Source: a virus
Lineage: Duplodnaviria; Caudoviricetes
IMG/VR virus record: IMGVR_UViG_3300038809_000038
Location: 1-36,904 of that record
Length of the DNA: 36,904 nucleotides
Direction: 5' to 3' (one strand)
How positions within the stretch are numbered: the first letter of the stretch is position 1; every line of letters starts with the position of its first letter. The position numbers and the translations under genes are program-made. The notes beneath the pieces are model-generated. The model saw only the letters and a program-made list of their open reading frames with translations, did no database searches and was not told the DNA's origin. Of this stretch, positions 25,772-35,215 are shown piece by piece.

Positions 25772-28627
25772 ATGGCTAATGAAGTCCTGGTAGGGTTAAA
25801 GATAGGTGCCGTGGTATCGGGCAGCCTGCATGCCGCGTTTGGCTCGGCCAAGTCGACAGTTCAGCAGTTGGGCCGCGCTACCGATGGCTTGACCACCAAG
25901 CAGAAGCTGATGGGCGCGGAGCTGTCAGCTTCCATTGCCCGTGGCGGTACCGGAGTCGAGCGTCTTCGCCGTCAGTACGACCAGGTTGGCCGTACCATTG
26001 AACAGCTCAAGACAAAGCAGGAACGCCTCAACACCAGCATTGCTCGCGGGGAGACGCTGAAGAACAAGCGCGGGGATCTGCGTGGCCAGGCAATGGAGAC
26101 CATCGGCACTGGGGTCGCCCTGGGCGCACCAGTAGTGCAGTCAATGCGTACTGCTATTGAATTCCAAGATCAAACCCGTGATATCGCCATTACTGGTGGC
26201 TTCGATGAGGTCGAGGAAAAGCGTCTCAGTGATGTGATGCGCGGAGCCGCGCTGAGGTGGAATCAGACTCAGACGGAGGTAGCCAACGGTATCGGAGTCT
26301 TGGTAGCGGGCGGCATTTCCAGTGCAAAAGAACTTGCTGCATACGCCCCAGTCATGGCTAAAAACGCAACCTCGACCAGAGCAAGCATGGATGACTTAGG
26401 CAGGGTTGCTATCGCGCTAAATGATAACCTTGGGATTAGCGCTACTGGTTTCGATCGCTCAATGAATATCTTGGCCTATGCGGGAAAAGAAGGCCGATTT
26501 GAGTTGAAAGATATGGCTAAGTGGCTGCCGGAACTTACCCCTCAGTTTGCTGCGTTAGGGGTGACCGGCGAAAAGGCAGTAGCCGAGATTGGCGCATCTC
26601 TACAGGTAGCTCTCAAAGGTGCAGGATCTACTGATGAGGCCGCTAATAACTTTAAAAATTTCCTTTCAAAACTCACCGCGCCCGACACGCTAAAGTCTTT
26701 TAGTGATGCCGGTATTGATCTTAAAGAATCGATGAAAAACTTGGTCAGTAGCGGGTTAACTCCCACTCAGGCCATGTTGAGCATTATTACCAACTACATG
26801 AGTACAAAGAGCCCGAAAGCAGCATCTGAATTCCAGAAGGCTATAGCGCTCACTGATGAAACAGAGAGGGAAACAGCACTCAACCGTTTAAATGAAGCAT
26901 ACAAATTAGGCGAATTGTTTCGGGATATGCAGGTGCTGTCATACCTTCGTCCCGCCCTCGCAAACCAGGCTGAACAGGCACGTATACAGAAAGGTAGCAT
27001 GGGGGCAGCTGATCAAGGTGTTAGTGATGAAGATTGGAAAAAACGCATGGGCAGCCCCAAGGAGGAGCTGAAGCGCTTGGGCGTGAATTTAGCAGATATA
27101 GGTATTTCCGTGGGGAGCGCCCTGATACCCGCATTAGTGGATGTGACCCAGGCACTTGTGCCGGTCATGGCGTCGTTCTCAGCTTGGGCAAGCGAAAACC
27201 CCGGCATCATCAAAGGTGTGGTTGGCCTGGTCGGCGGACTGCTGGCAGGCAAACTCGCGTTCATTGGCCTTGCCTACGGCGCCAACCTGGTGATGTCGCC
27301 CTTCGTGGCCATGTCCACCACTCTGAAAACTGTTTCTGCCAAATGGACCCTGCTGCGCGGCATGTGGCAGATGGGCAAATTCGCGCCCCTGGTCACCGGC
27401 CTGACCCGTATTGGCAGCGGCCTGCTCACAGTTGCCAAGTACAGCGGCCTGTTCTTACGCGGCGTGACAATGGCCTTCGGGGCCCCGTTGCTAATGGTTG
27501 CCCGTGGCGCTTTGTTCTTGGGCAAGATCCTTGGCGGTACGTTGTTGTTCGGGTTGAAACTTGCCGGACAGGCCGTCCTCTGGCTGGGCAGAGCCCTGCT
27601 GATGAACCCCATTGGCCTTCTTGTCACCGGCATTGCGCTTAGCGCTTACCTGATCTACCGCTATTGGGAGCCCATCAAGGGCTTCTTCAGTGGGCTGTGG
27701 ACAGAAGTGAAGGCTGGCTTCAATGGCGGACTTTCAGGCATCACCGGACTGATCCTCAACTTTTCTCCGCTCGGCCTGTTTTACCGCGCCTTTGCGGGAG
27801 TCATGAGTTACTTCGGGATTGAGCTGCCTGGCAAGTTCAGTGAGTTCGGCGGGTTGATCCTGAGCAAGCTGGCGCACGGCATTACCAACACTGCTATCTG
27901 GAGTGAAATCCAGACCGGGTTTGCTGGTGGGATCTCAGGAATCGGCGCACTGATCCTCAACTTCTCCCCACTCGGTCTGTTTTACCAAGCTTTCGCCGGA
28001 GTTCTGAGCTACTTCGGGATTGAGCTGCCAGGCAAGTTCACCGAGTTCGGTGGGATGCTGGTAACCGGGCTGGTCAACGGCATTGGCAACATGGCCAACT
28101 CGCTGAAAGACAGCGTGGTGGGCATTGGTTCGTCGGTGAAGGGCTGGTTTACCGAGACCCTGGGTATCCAATCTCCGAGCCGCGTGTTCATGGGGTACGG
28201 CGCGAATATCAGCGAAGGTGCAGCCCTTGGCATCTCTGCCCGATCTGACCTGGTGCGCAAAGCCGCGTTGGGAATGGCCTCTAAGTCTGAGGTCGACCTG
28301 GCCCCGGCCACCTCCACAGAGTTTCGTCCTGCGCGTCCAGTGCAGAAAGCAACAGATGCTCCAGCACCACCGAATCCTGCAGACGTGTCCAGGGCAAGCA
28401 TGATGGGTGGCTTCGCAGGTGCAGGCCAAGGCGCCGCACCAGGTGCAAATGCATCACCTATTTTTCATTTCTCCCCACAGATCAATGTGCCTGGTGGACC
28501 TGGTGTCCGCGAGCAGATCACGCAAGGGCTGCAGGCAAGCTATGCCGACTTTGTGAAGATGATGGAGCGCTACCACCACGATAAACGTCGCCGCAGCTAC
28601 GGCTCCCCAGATGAGGGCTTTGCCTGA
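25772..28627 (+). CDS. tail tape measure protein
   Basis: 951 aa, Ala/Gly-rich, TP901-type core, MNPIGL and GIQSPSRVF motifs. Confidence 0.93.
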   Translation: MANEVLVGLKIGAVVSGSLHAAFGSAKSTVQQLGRATDGLTTKQKLMGAELSASIARGGTGVERLRRQYDQVGRTIEQLKTKQERLNTSIARGETLKNKRGDLRGQAMETIGTGVALGAPVVQSMRTAIEFQDQTRDIAITGGFDEVEEKRLSDVMRGAALRWNQTQTEVANGIGVLVAGGISSAKELAAYAPVMAKNATSTRASMDDLGRVAIALNDNLGISATGFDRSMNILAYAGKEGRFELKDMAKWLPELTPQFAALGVTGEKAVAEIGASLQVALKGAGSTDEAANNFKNFLSKLTAPDTLKSFSDAGIDLKESMKNLVSSGLTPTQAMLSIITNYMSTKSPKAASEFQKAIALTDETERETALNRLNEAYKLGELFRDMQVLSYLRPALANQAEQARIQKGSMGAADQGVSDEDWKKRMGSPKEELKRLGVNLADIGISVGSALIPALVDVTQALVPVMASFSAWASENPGIIKGVVGLVGGLLAGKLAFIGLAYGANLVMSPFVAMSTTLKTVSAKWTLLRGMWQMGKFAPLVTGLTRIGSGLLTVAKYSGLFLRGVTMAFGAPLLMVARGALFLGKILGGTLLFGLKLAGQAVLWLGRALLMNPIGLLVTGIALSAYLIYRYWEPIKGFFSGLWTEVKAGFNGGLSGITGLILNFSPLGLFYRAFAGVMSYFGIELPGKFSEFGGLILSKLAHGITNTAIWSEIQTGFAGGISGIGALILNFSPLGLFYQAFAGVLSYFGIELPGKFTEFGGMLVTGLVNGIGNMANSLKDSVVGIGSSVKGWFTETLGIQSPSRVFMGYGANISEGAALGISARSDLVRKAALGMASKSEVDLAPATSTEFRPARPVQKATDAPAPPNPADVSRASMMGGFAGAGQGAAPGANASPIFHFSPQINVPGGPGVREQITQGLQASYADFVKMMERYHHDKRRRSYGSPDEGFA
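27749..28052 (+). repeat. degenerate tandem repeat in the tape measure gene, 201-bp (67-aa) period
   Basis: LILNFSPLGLFY.AFAGV.SYFGIELPGKF.EFGG starts at 27749 and at 27950. Confidence 0.85.
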
Positions 28628-29508
28628 TGTTTGCGATCTTGGGTGATATCGAGTTCACCGTTGCAGGCGGCATCAGCGGCCTGGAGCAAAGCGGTACGGC
28701 TGACTGGGCCGAACATGCTCGTATCCAGGGCAAGCCTTTGCTGGAGTGGATTGGCGAAGGCCTGGACACCTGCAACCTAACGATGCTCATACATCCGATG
28801 CTGGGCGATCCCGAGGAGCGCCTGCGAGCCCTTCGACAGGCCAAGAGCAAGCACGAACCGCTGGCATTTGTGATGGGCAGCGGCGAGTACTTGGGCGCCT
28901 ACGTCATCACCGACATTAGCAATACACTGCAACGTGCAACAGCTGTGGGCCAAATCGCCGCCGCGACAGTTCAGGTCACCCTGAAGGAATACACAGGAGT
29001 CTTCAATCGCAAGGTACTCCGACCGGGGCTGCTCGATCCTGCACTGAGCGGCACGCCTGCAGCGGCGATGGGGTCGCCTGGATTGATATCTAAAATGACA
29101 CCACCTTCCAGCCCGACCCAGTTGGCTATCGGTCATGCAAAAACGGTGGGCAATGTGTTGCGGGCTGGCAAGAATCTGTATGACTCCGTCAAAAGTGGCA
29201 GTCCGTCCATGATCCTGGGTCAAGTGCCACAGCTATTAAGCATTACCGCTCGCGCCATCGAGCCCCTGCAGGGCTTTAAAGATGCTGCAGGACTGCTAGA
29301 TGACGGCGCCGATCTGTCACGCTTGAGTGACAACGTAATGGGGAGCGTGATGGGTTCCCGATCCAGCCTTGACCCAGTGGACATAGGCAATATCGTCGAC
29401 CGCTTCGCCAGCTCTCGCGAGTCCCTCGGCCAAGCCGCATCCACCCTGAGCAGCGCAGGTACTCGCCTTGCTGGGCTTGCCGCCCAAGTTTTGACCCGGA
29501 GGGCCTGA
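28627..29508 (+). CDS. P2 gpU-like tail protein with a C-terminal extension
   Basis: MFAILGDIEF, AEHARIQGKPLLEWIG, GEYLGAYVI. Confidence 0.8.
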   Translation: MFAILGDIEFTVAGGISGLEQSGTADWAEHARIQGKPLLEWIGEGLDTCNLTMLIHPMLGDPEERLRALRQAKSKHEPLAFVMGSGEYLGAYVITDISNTLQRATAVGQIAAATVQVTLKEYTGVFNRKVLRPGLLDPALSGTPAAAMGSPGLISKMTPPSSPTQLAIGHAKTVGNVLRAGKNLYDSVKSGSPSMILGQVPQLLSITARAIEPLQGFKDAAGLLDDGADLSRLSDNVMGSVMGSRSSLDPVDIGNIVDRFASSRESLGQAASTLSSAGTRLAGLAAQVLTRRA

Positions 29509-29714
29509 TGTTCATCACCCACGTCACAACCGAGGGAGAGCGCTGGGATCAGCTCGCCTGGCGCTATTACGGCGATGCCCATCGCTATTTGCCCATCGTG
29601 GAAGCCAACGCCCACGTGCCCATCACCGCCGCACTTCCAGCCGGATTGACGCTGGCCATCCCCATGATGGAGCCCGTGACCTCGACGGAGGATCTCCCAC
29701 CATGGATGCGTTGA
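29508..29714 (+). CDS. tail protein X (LysM-like)
   Basis: GERWDQLAWRYYG...ANAH...LPPW. Confidence 0.88.
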   Translation: MFITHVTTEGERWDQLAWRYYGDAHRYLPIVEANAHVPITAALPAGLTLAIPMMEPVTSTEDLPPWMR

Positions 29715-30811
29715 TTCCCGACCAGGTACCGGAGGCTCGTTTTGTGCTGACCTACCAGCAACGCAACATCACCCGCGACATCAGCAAGCACTTGTTGTCG
29801 TTGAGCTACTCGGACTTCCTGACAGGGGAAGCTGACAGCCTGGAGATCGAGCTGGAGGACACCGAGGGCAAGTGGAAGGATGCTTGGTACCCAGGTCACG
29901 GCGACACCCTGAAGTTGTCCATCGGCTGGGAAGGCAGGCCATTACGGGCCGTGGGCAGCTTTGAAATAGATGAAGTGGAGCTGAACTGCCCACCCTCGAC
30001 CATCAGCATCCGCGCACTCGGCGCAGGGATTCAGACGGCATTACGCACCACTGAACATAAGGCGTACGAGAACACGACCCTGGATGCGGTCGCCAAACAG
30101 ATTGCCACCCGCCAGGGCTTGGAGTTGATCGGACGCATCGAGCCGATCATGCTCGACCGTCTGACCCAGCAGGAGTCAGATCTGGCCTTCCTGCGCAACC
30201 TGGCCGGTGAATACGACTACGCCTTCAAGGTGACAGGCAGGCGCATGGTTTTTCATGCCATCAGCGAATTGTCCAAAGGCGTGCCCGTGGCCAGTCTTGT
30301 GCTGAATGACCTGAGCAACGTACGACTGCGCGATCAGATCACCGTGGTGCCCAAGGCTGTCGAGGTGAAGCACAAAGACCCAGCCAAGAAGCAGTTGATC
30401 GCCTACACCATGGTCAATGGCGAAACCGTTGCAGTACCCAGCAGCTCCAGCAAAACCACCACCAGCGCTGACACAAAAAAGCAGCGCAAGCGCAGTGCCT
30501 CTGCCGAAGTCGCCAAGGCCAAAGCCAAGGCGGACTTAGCGAAAGCTAATCGCGAACGCACCACTGGCAGCTGGAGCAGCATTGGGCGGCCAGATCTGGT
30601 GAGCGGCAATGTGGTCGCCTTGATCGCGGCAGGCAAACTTGGCGGCAATTACTTGATCACCGCCTCGCACCACCGGGTAACACGTACCGGCTACACCGTA
30701 GACAAAGAGGTATGCCGCATCTCGGCGCCCTCGATCAACCTCACCCAGGCCAGCACAAAGCCCGACTTGGCGTTATCGACCTATGGCATTAAGCAGGAAG
30801 TGGTCGTGTGA
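29702..30811 (+). CDS. late control D / baseplate hub protein
   Basis: LSYSD..GEADSLEIELED, QQESDLAFLRNLA.EY. Confidence 0.88.
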   Translation: MDALIPDQVPEARFVLTYQQRNITRDISKHLLSLSYSDFLTGEADSLEIELEDTEGKWKDAWYPGHGDTLKLSIGWEGRPLRAVGSFEIDEVELNCPPSTISIRALGAGIQTALRTTEHKAYENTTLDAVAKQIATRQGLELIGRIEPIMLDRLTQQESDLAFLRNLAGEYDYAFKVTGRRMVFHAISELSKGVPVASLVLNDLSNVRLRDQITVVPKAVEVKHKDPAKKQLIAYTMVNGETVAVPSSSSKTTTSADTKKQRKRSASAEVAKAKAKADLAKANRERTTGSWSSIGRPDLVSGNVVALIAAGKLGGNYLITASHHRVTRTGYTVDKEVCRISAPSINLTQASTKPDLALSTYGIKQEVVV

Positions 30812-30829
30812 TGATGGAGTACGTACCAG

Positions 30830-31381
30830 ATGGGCGTTGAACTGGAGTATGGCGAGATCAGTGCCGTGGATTACCTATCCTGTCGCGTGCGAGTGCGCCT
30901 GGATGACCGTGACGGCGTAGAGAGCTACTGGCTCAACGTACCCCAGCGCAACACGCAGGGCACGAAGCGCCGCCCCCTGATGCCTGAGTTGGGTGAACAG
31001 GTGGCCGTGCTGCTCGATGCCGATGGCGTAGGCGGAGTGTGCCTGGGTGGCATCTACTCAACGGCAGAGCCACCTCCCGTAATAGATGAAGACACTGACT
31101 ATGTGCGCTTTAGCGACGGCACATCCATCACGTACAACCGTAAAGTCAGTGAGATGGCACTGGACTGCGTGGGGGGCACCACGCTCAAGTGTGCGGGGAA
31201 CCTGACAGTGGAGTCCGGGGAGCCTGTGATGGTAAAGGCGCCTTCGGCGACGTTGGATATCCCAGAGGTCTCTATGAATGGCAACTTGAAGGTCAAGGGC
31301 AACCTGAATGTGGGCGGCAACGTCGCCGCCGTTGGAACCCTCATGGATGGTGGCGGTAACTCAAACCACCACACCCATTGA
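30830..31381 (+). CDS. baseplate spike (gpV)
   Basis: PELGEQVAVLLD, C-terminal HHTH metal-binding tip. Confidence 0.9.
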   Translation: MGVELEYGEISAVDYLSCRVRVRLDDRDGVESYWLNVPQRNTQGTKRRPLMPELGEQVAVLLDADGVGGVCLGGIYSTAEPPPVIDEDTDYVRFSDGTSITYNRKVSEMALDCVGGTTLKCAGNLTVESGEPVMVKAPSATLDIPEVSMNGNLKVKGNLNVGGNVAAVGTLMDGGGNSNHHTH

Positions 31382-31425
31382 TAACGCTGCCATCCTGCAG
31401 CGTTGGCCTCTGAGTCGGCAGAGTT

Positions 31426-31471
31426 TCTTTAAACTCGATTAAAAGCCAGCAGCGTCCGGCTTTCGCATGAT
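31426..31471 (+). promoter_or_regulatory. late promoter 4 (baseplate/fibre)
   Basis: TCTTTAAACTCGATTAAAAGCC, 18 nt, CATGAT. Confidence 0.75.
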
Positions 31472-31477
31472 GGGCGC

Positions 31478-31855
31478 ATGACAACGCCCACTCCCTACAT
31501 CAGCATTACCGCCGCCCACTGGCAGCCCGCCCTCGGTACATCCGGCGAGGTGGTCGAGGGGCTGCGTGACATTGACCAGGCCATTCGCATCATCCTAACC
31601 ACGCCCAAGGGCAGTGATGCCCATCGGCCAGAGTTCGGCAGCGACCTACATCTATATATCGACTGGCCCACCAATCGTGTCACGCCGCACCTGGTGCGTG
31701 AAACGGTCGACGCCATTCGCCGTTGGGAAACCCGAGTCTCGGTTGTCCAGGTGCAGGTCAGTATCGACGCCGAACATGTCACGCTACGCGTGCAATGGCG
31801 AGTCGCCGATGGTGTCCCTCAACTGACCGAGGTGCCGTATGCGCGAGCTGCCTAA
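31478..31855 (+). CDS. baseplate wedge gpW/gp25 family
   Basis: IRIILTTPKGSDAHRPEFGS, AIRRWETRV. Confidence 0.9.
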   Translation: MTTPTPYISITAAHWQPALGTSGEVVEGLRDIDQAIRIILTTPKGSDAHRPEFGSDLHLYIDWPTNRVTPHLVRETVDAIRRWETRVSVVQVQVSIDAEHVTLRVQWRVADGVPQLTEVPYARAA

Positions 31856-32960
31856 GCCAGAATTCGTCAAAATCGATCCTGCGGCCACTGAGGCCGAAAT
31901 TATTGCCAGCTACGAAAAAGAGTCCGGCAAGTCGTTGTACCCCGCGCAGATCGAGCGCTTATTCCTCAACCAGTTGGCTTATTCAGAAACACGGATCAAG
32001 GCTGCGATCCAGAACGCTGGTGAGAAGCTTCTCGTGCGATACAGCAGCGGCCCGATCCTTGACTACCTGGGCGAGCTGGTTGGTACGCCACGCTTGCTAG
32101 CCGTTGGTGCGGTTTGCACCGTCCAGTTCAATGTCGTCGACGGGCAGGCGCAGGACCGTTTGATCCCCGCAAGTACCCGTGTCACGTCTCAAAATGGCGC
32201 CGTGGCGTTTCTGACCCGCCAAGAGACTGTGCTTAAGGCCGGGGCACTAACGGCGCAGGTACGGGCCGTCTGCGAAACACCTGGAGTTATCGGAAACGGC
32301 TGGGCTATCGGCAAGATCAGCACATTGGTCGGCCAGCCGTTCGCTGGATTGACTGCCGGCAACATCAGCGTACCGGTCGACGGTGCCGAAGATGAGACAG
32401 ACGCTCACTACTCAGAACGCATCATTCTCGCTCCTGAGGCCTACACAACAGCGGGCAGTGAAGGCGCATATAGGTATCACGCGCTATCGGTTCACCAGTC
32501 CATCATTGATGTGGCCGTGCGCGGTCCCGAGGACGGTTTGCCAGATGGCGAGGTGGCTATTCATCCGCTCACTGAAACAGGTATGCCTACGGCGAACCTT
32601 TTGGAGCAGATAGAACATTACCTGACCGGCGAGAAACTGCGCCCACTGTGTGACACCGTGCGTGCGCAAATGCCGGAACATGTTGACTGGCGTATCAAGT
32701 CGCACATCACGTTGTACGCCTGGGCCGAAAGAGATCCGACTCTGGCCGCAGTACGCAAGGCCGCCGAGATCTATGCCCAGGAACTGCGCGCCAAGCTCGG
32801 TCTCGATATCGTGCCCGAGCAGCTCAACGCCCGGTTGCAGGTCTCAGGTGTGTATCGATCAGTCTTGGAGCTACCCTCTGTACCACTGGCACTAGGGCGT
32901 CATGGCTGGGCTGATTGCTCCGACATTGATATTTTGTACGCAGGTGTCGCCGATGGTTGA
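31839..32960 (+). CDS. baseplate J family protein
   Basis: LDYLG, GAEDETD, TAGSEGAY, RPLCDTV. Confidence 0.9.
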   Translation: MRELPKPEFVKIDPAATEAEIIASYEKESGKSLYPAQIERLFLNQLAYSETRIKAAIQNAGEKLLVRYSSGPILDYLGELVGTPRLLAVGAVCTVQFNVVDGQAQDRLIPASTRVTSQNGAVAFLTRQETVLKAGALTAQVRAVCETPGVIGNGWAIGKISTLVGQPFAGLTAGNISVPVDGAEDETDAHYSERIILAPEAYTTAGSEGAYRYHALSVHQSIIDVAVRGPEDGLPDGEVAIHPLTETGMPTANLLEQIEHYLTGEKLRPLCDTVRAQMPEHVDWRIKSHITLYAWAERDPTLAAVRKAAEIYAQELRAKLGLDIVPEQLNARLQVSGVYRSVLELPSVPLALGRHGWADCSDIDILYAGVADG

Positions 32961-33537
32961 CTCAATCTTACCGCCCGCGCTGGCTGGTGATGAACGCTTT
33001 GCGCGTCTGTGTAAGTTGCTCGACGAACGCCATGCAGGCATTGATCTGACACCGATGCTGGTCTACCTCCTCGACCTGGTGAAAGCGCCTCTGCTGCCGG
33101 TGTTGGCCGATCAGTTCAGCCTGCTCGATGAAGCCGCCTGGCTGCTGGCCGAGTCCGAAGACGCCCGCAGAAATTTACTCAAAAACTCAGTAGAGCTGCA
33201 CCGATACAAGGGCACGCCCTGGGCTATCCGGGAAATCATTCGGCTGCTGGGCTTTGGTGAGGTCCAGCTGCAGGAGGGCCTCGGCGGTCGGACCTATGAC
33301 GGCAGCATCAATTTCAACGGGCTTTACGTATACGGCGCGCCTCGCGCCTGGGCAGCGTATCGCGTGATCTTCGCCGAGCCCATTACCAACGACCAGGCGG
33401 ATCTGATCCGCCGCATGTTGTCCACCATCGCACCTAAACGGTGTCGTCTTGCCTCGCTTGAGTATCAAGCGGTGGCAATCCGCTACAACGGCTCCGCTCG
33501 CTATGACGGGCTGTACAACCATGGGAGCAGTATTTGA
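32953..33537 (+). CDS. tail protein I (P2 gpI-like)
   Basis: LADQFSL, LHRYKGTPWAIR; likely start ATG 32953. Confidence 0.85.
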   Translation: MVDSILPPALAGDERFARLCKLLDERHAGIDLTPMLVYLLDLVKAPLLPVLADQFSLLDEAAWLLAESEDARRNLLKNSVELHRYKGTPWAIREIIRLLGFGEVQLQEGLGGRTYDGSINFNGLYVYGAPRAWAAYRVIFAEPITNDQADLIRRMLSTIAPKRCRLASLEYQAVAIRYNGSARYDGLYNHGSSI

Positions 33538-35207
33538 TGGCCACCTTGCCTGAAACAGAAGACTACGCAGAGGGGACTTACCAAATTGAAACGTCAGATA
33601 GGGTATTAGGTGGCCCTGGTGGCATAGCAAACAAACAAGCTGAGCAGCTGGGTAATCGAACTGCGTGGCTGAAAGCTGCTATCGCAAAAATTGTTAACGG
33701 TAAAACCGCCGTTGGCTTGGCTGCTCAGCTGGCAACAGCTCGCTTGTTGAAGTTCAAGGGGGCGGTCAGTGGCAGCGTTAGCTTCGACGGTAGCGCGGAC
33801 ACGGAGATAACGTTAACGCTCGCTGACTCAGGTGTAGTGGCGGGAAGCTACACAAAAGTCACATTAAACGCGAAGGGCTTGGCCACCGGAGGTGAAAATC
33901 CCCGGACCTTAGAGGGTCACGGGATCATCAACGCTATCGCTATTGGTGATTACGGGTTCGGCGGGAAAGTATCTCCACAAGGGCCTATTGATTCCAAAAA
34001 TTTGCTTGGTGGCTTTTACTCATTCAAGGACGGATACACCACTTTTGCCAACTACGTAGGGTTGATCAACATCCCTTATGGCGAGGAGGGTTTCGCTGGG
34101 CAGTTAGGCTTTGAGATAGGTGGAGCAGAGCCGGTAGTTTATATCAGGAGCGTGAGCAATTCCGGAGAGTGGACGCCCACCCGGAAACTTTGGCATACAG
34201 GTAGCTTCGACCCCTCAACCAAGGCATCACTTGCGAGTCCTGTATTTACTGGTGCGCCAGAAGTGCCGAACGTGGCCGCTGGAGACAATTCTAGGCGCGT
34301 CGCGAACACTGCGTTCGTTCGCACAGCTATTTCTGCACTGGTAGGTTCCTCACCCCAAGCGCTGGACACATTAAACGAGTTGGCCGCCGCGCTAGGTAAC
34401 GATCCGAACTTCGCTTCCACAGTGACAAACGCCTTAGCTGGCAAGGCTAACAAAGGCGTGAGCCTCGCAGATTACGGGATACTGGATGGGGTCAAAATTG
34501 GCCGCTTTGGTATCGGTGGCACGTCCACTGATGTAGCGCCCATCGAGACAATTGGTTTGCCCGGCGGCTTTTACGCGATGGATGGATCGCCAACTGCTTT
34601 TTTGCAGTACTCATCGATCTTGAATCTCCCCTATTCCGAAAAGTCGTATGCCGGCCAGATTGCTATAGGTCAAGGTCGCGATGACGTGATTATTTGTGTG
34701 CGCGGCGTGACGAACTCGGGCAAGTGGACGCCGAAACGGACCCTATGGCACGACGGAAACTTAGATCCAAATGCTCTTATGCCGATCGGCACTTCAATCG
34801 CTTTCGCGGGCCCCCGTCCGCCTGCCGGATTCCTGAAAGAAAATGGTGCGGCAGTTTCCAGAACCGTCTACGCCAATCTCTTTGCAGTAATTGGTACCAC
34901 TTACGGTGCGGGAGACGGAAGTACCACGTTCAACCTGCCCGAAAGTCGCGCAGAGTTCTTCCGGGGGCTTGATGACGGTCGCGGTGTTGATGTTGGTCGT
35001 AGTCTTGGAACGTATCAGGCCCCAATGCTCGAGGCCCACGATCACACGCTCAGCAGCGACGGGACTGGAGCCTTAGGAGCCGCTGGAGTGAATACAACAG
35101 CAGACTTTAAAGTTGACGGTAACGTGAGTTCGGGCTCCACAGGTAAGACTGGTGGGGCCGAGACACGCCCTCGAAACGTTGCGCGACTGATGTGTATCAA
35201 GTACTGA
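33537..35207 (+). CDS. tail fibre protein
   Basis: ANKQAEQLGNRTAWLK, ALDTLNELAAALGNDPNFA, collar-like PAGFLKENGAAVSRTVYANLF, ETRPRNVA. Confidence 0.92.
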   Translation: MATLPETEDYAEGTYQIETSDRVLGGPGGIANKQAEQLGNRTAWLKAAIAKIVNGKTAVGLAAQLATARLLKFKGAVSGSVSFDGSADTEITLTLADSGVVAGSYTKVTLNAKGLATGGENPRTLEGHGIINAIAIGDYGFGGKVSPQGPIDSKNLLGGFYSFKDGYTTFANYVGLINIPYGEEGFAGQLGFEIGGAEPVVYIRSVSNSGEWTPTRKLWHTGSFDPSTKASLASPVFTGAPEVPNVAAGDNSRRVANTAFVRTAISALVGSSPQALDTLNELAAALGNDPNFASTVTNALAGKANKGVSLADYGILDGVKIGRFGIGGTSTDVAPIETIGLPGGFYAMDGSPTAFLQYSSILNLPYSEKSYAGQIAIGQGRDDVIICVRGVTNSGKWTPKRTLWHDGNLDPNALMPIGTSIAFAGPRPPAGFLKENGAAVSRTVYANLFAVIGTTYGAGDGSTTFNLPESRAEFFRGLDDGRGVDVGRSLGTYQAPMLEAHDHTLSSDGTGALGAAGVNTTADFKVDGNVSSGSTGKTGGAETRPRNVARLMCIKY

Positions 35208-35215
35208 GGTGAACC

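Noticed and set aside
11505-31447. 22-bp repeats as CRISPR repeats or recombination/transposase sites
   Set aside because: Dispersed kilobases apart, same orientation, always at operon starts with fixed -10 spacing; a promoter role explains them better
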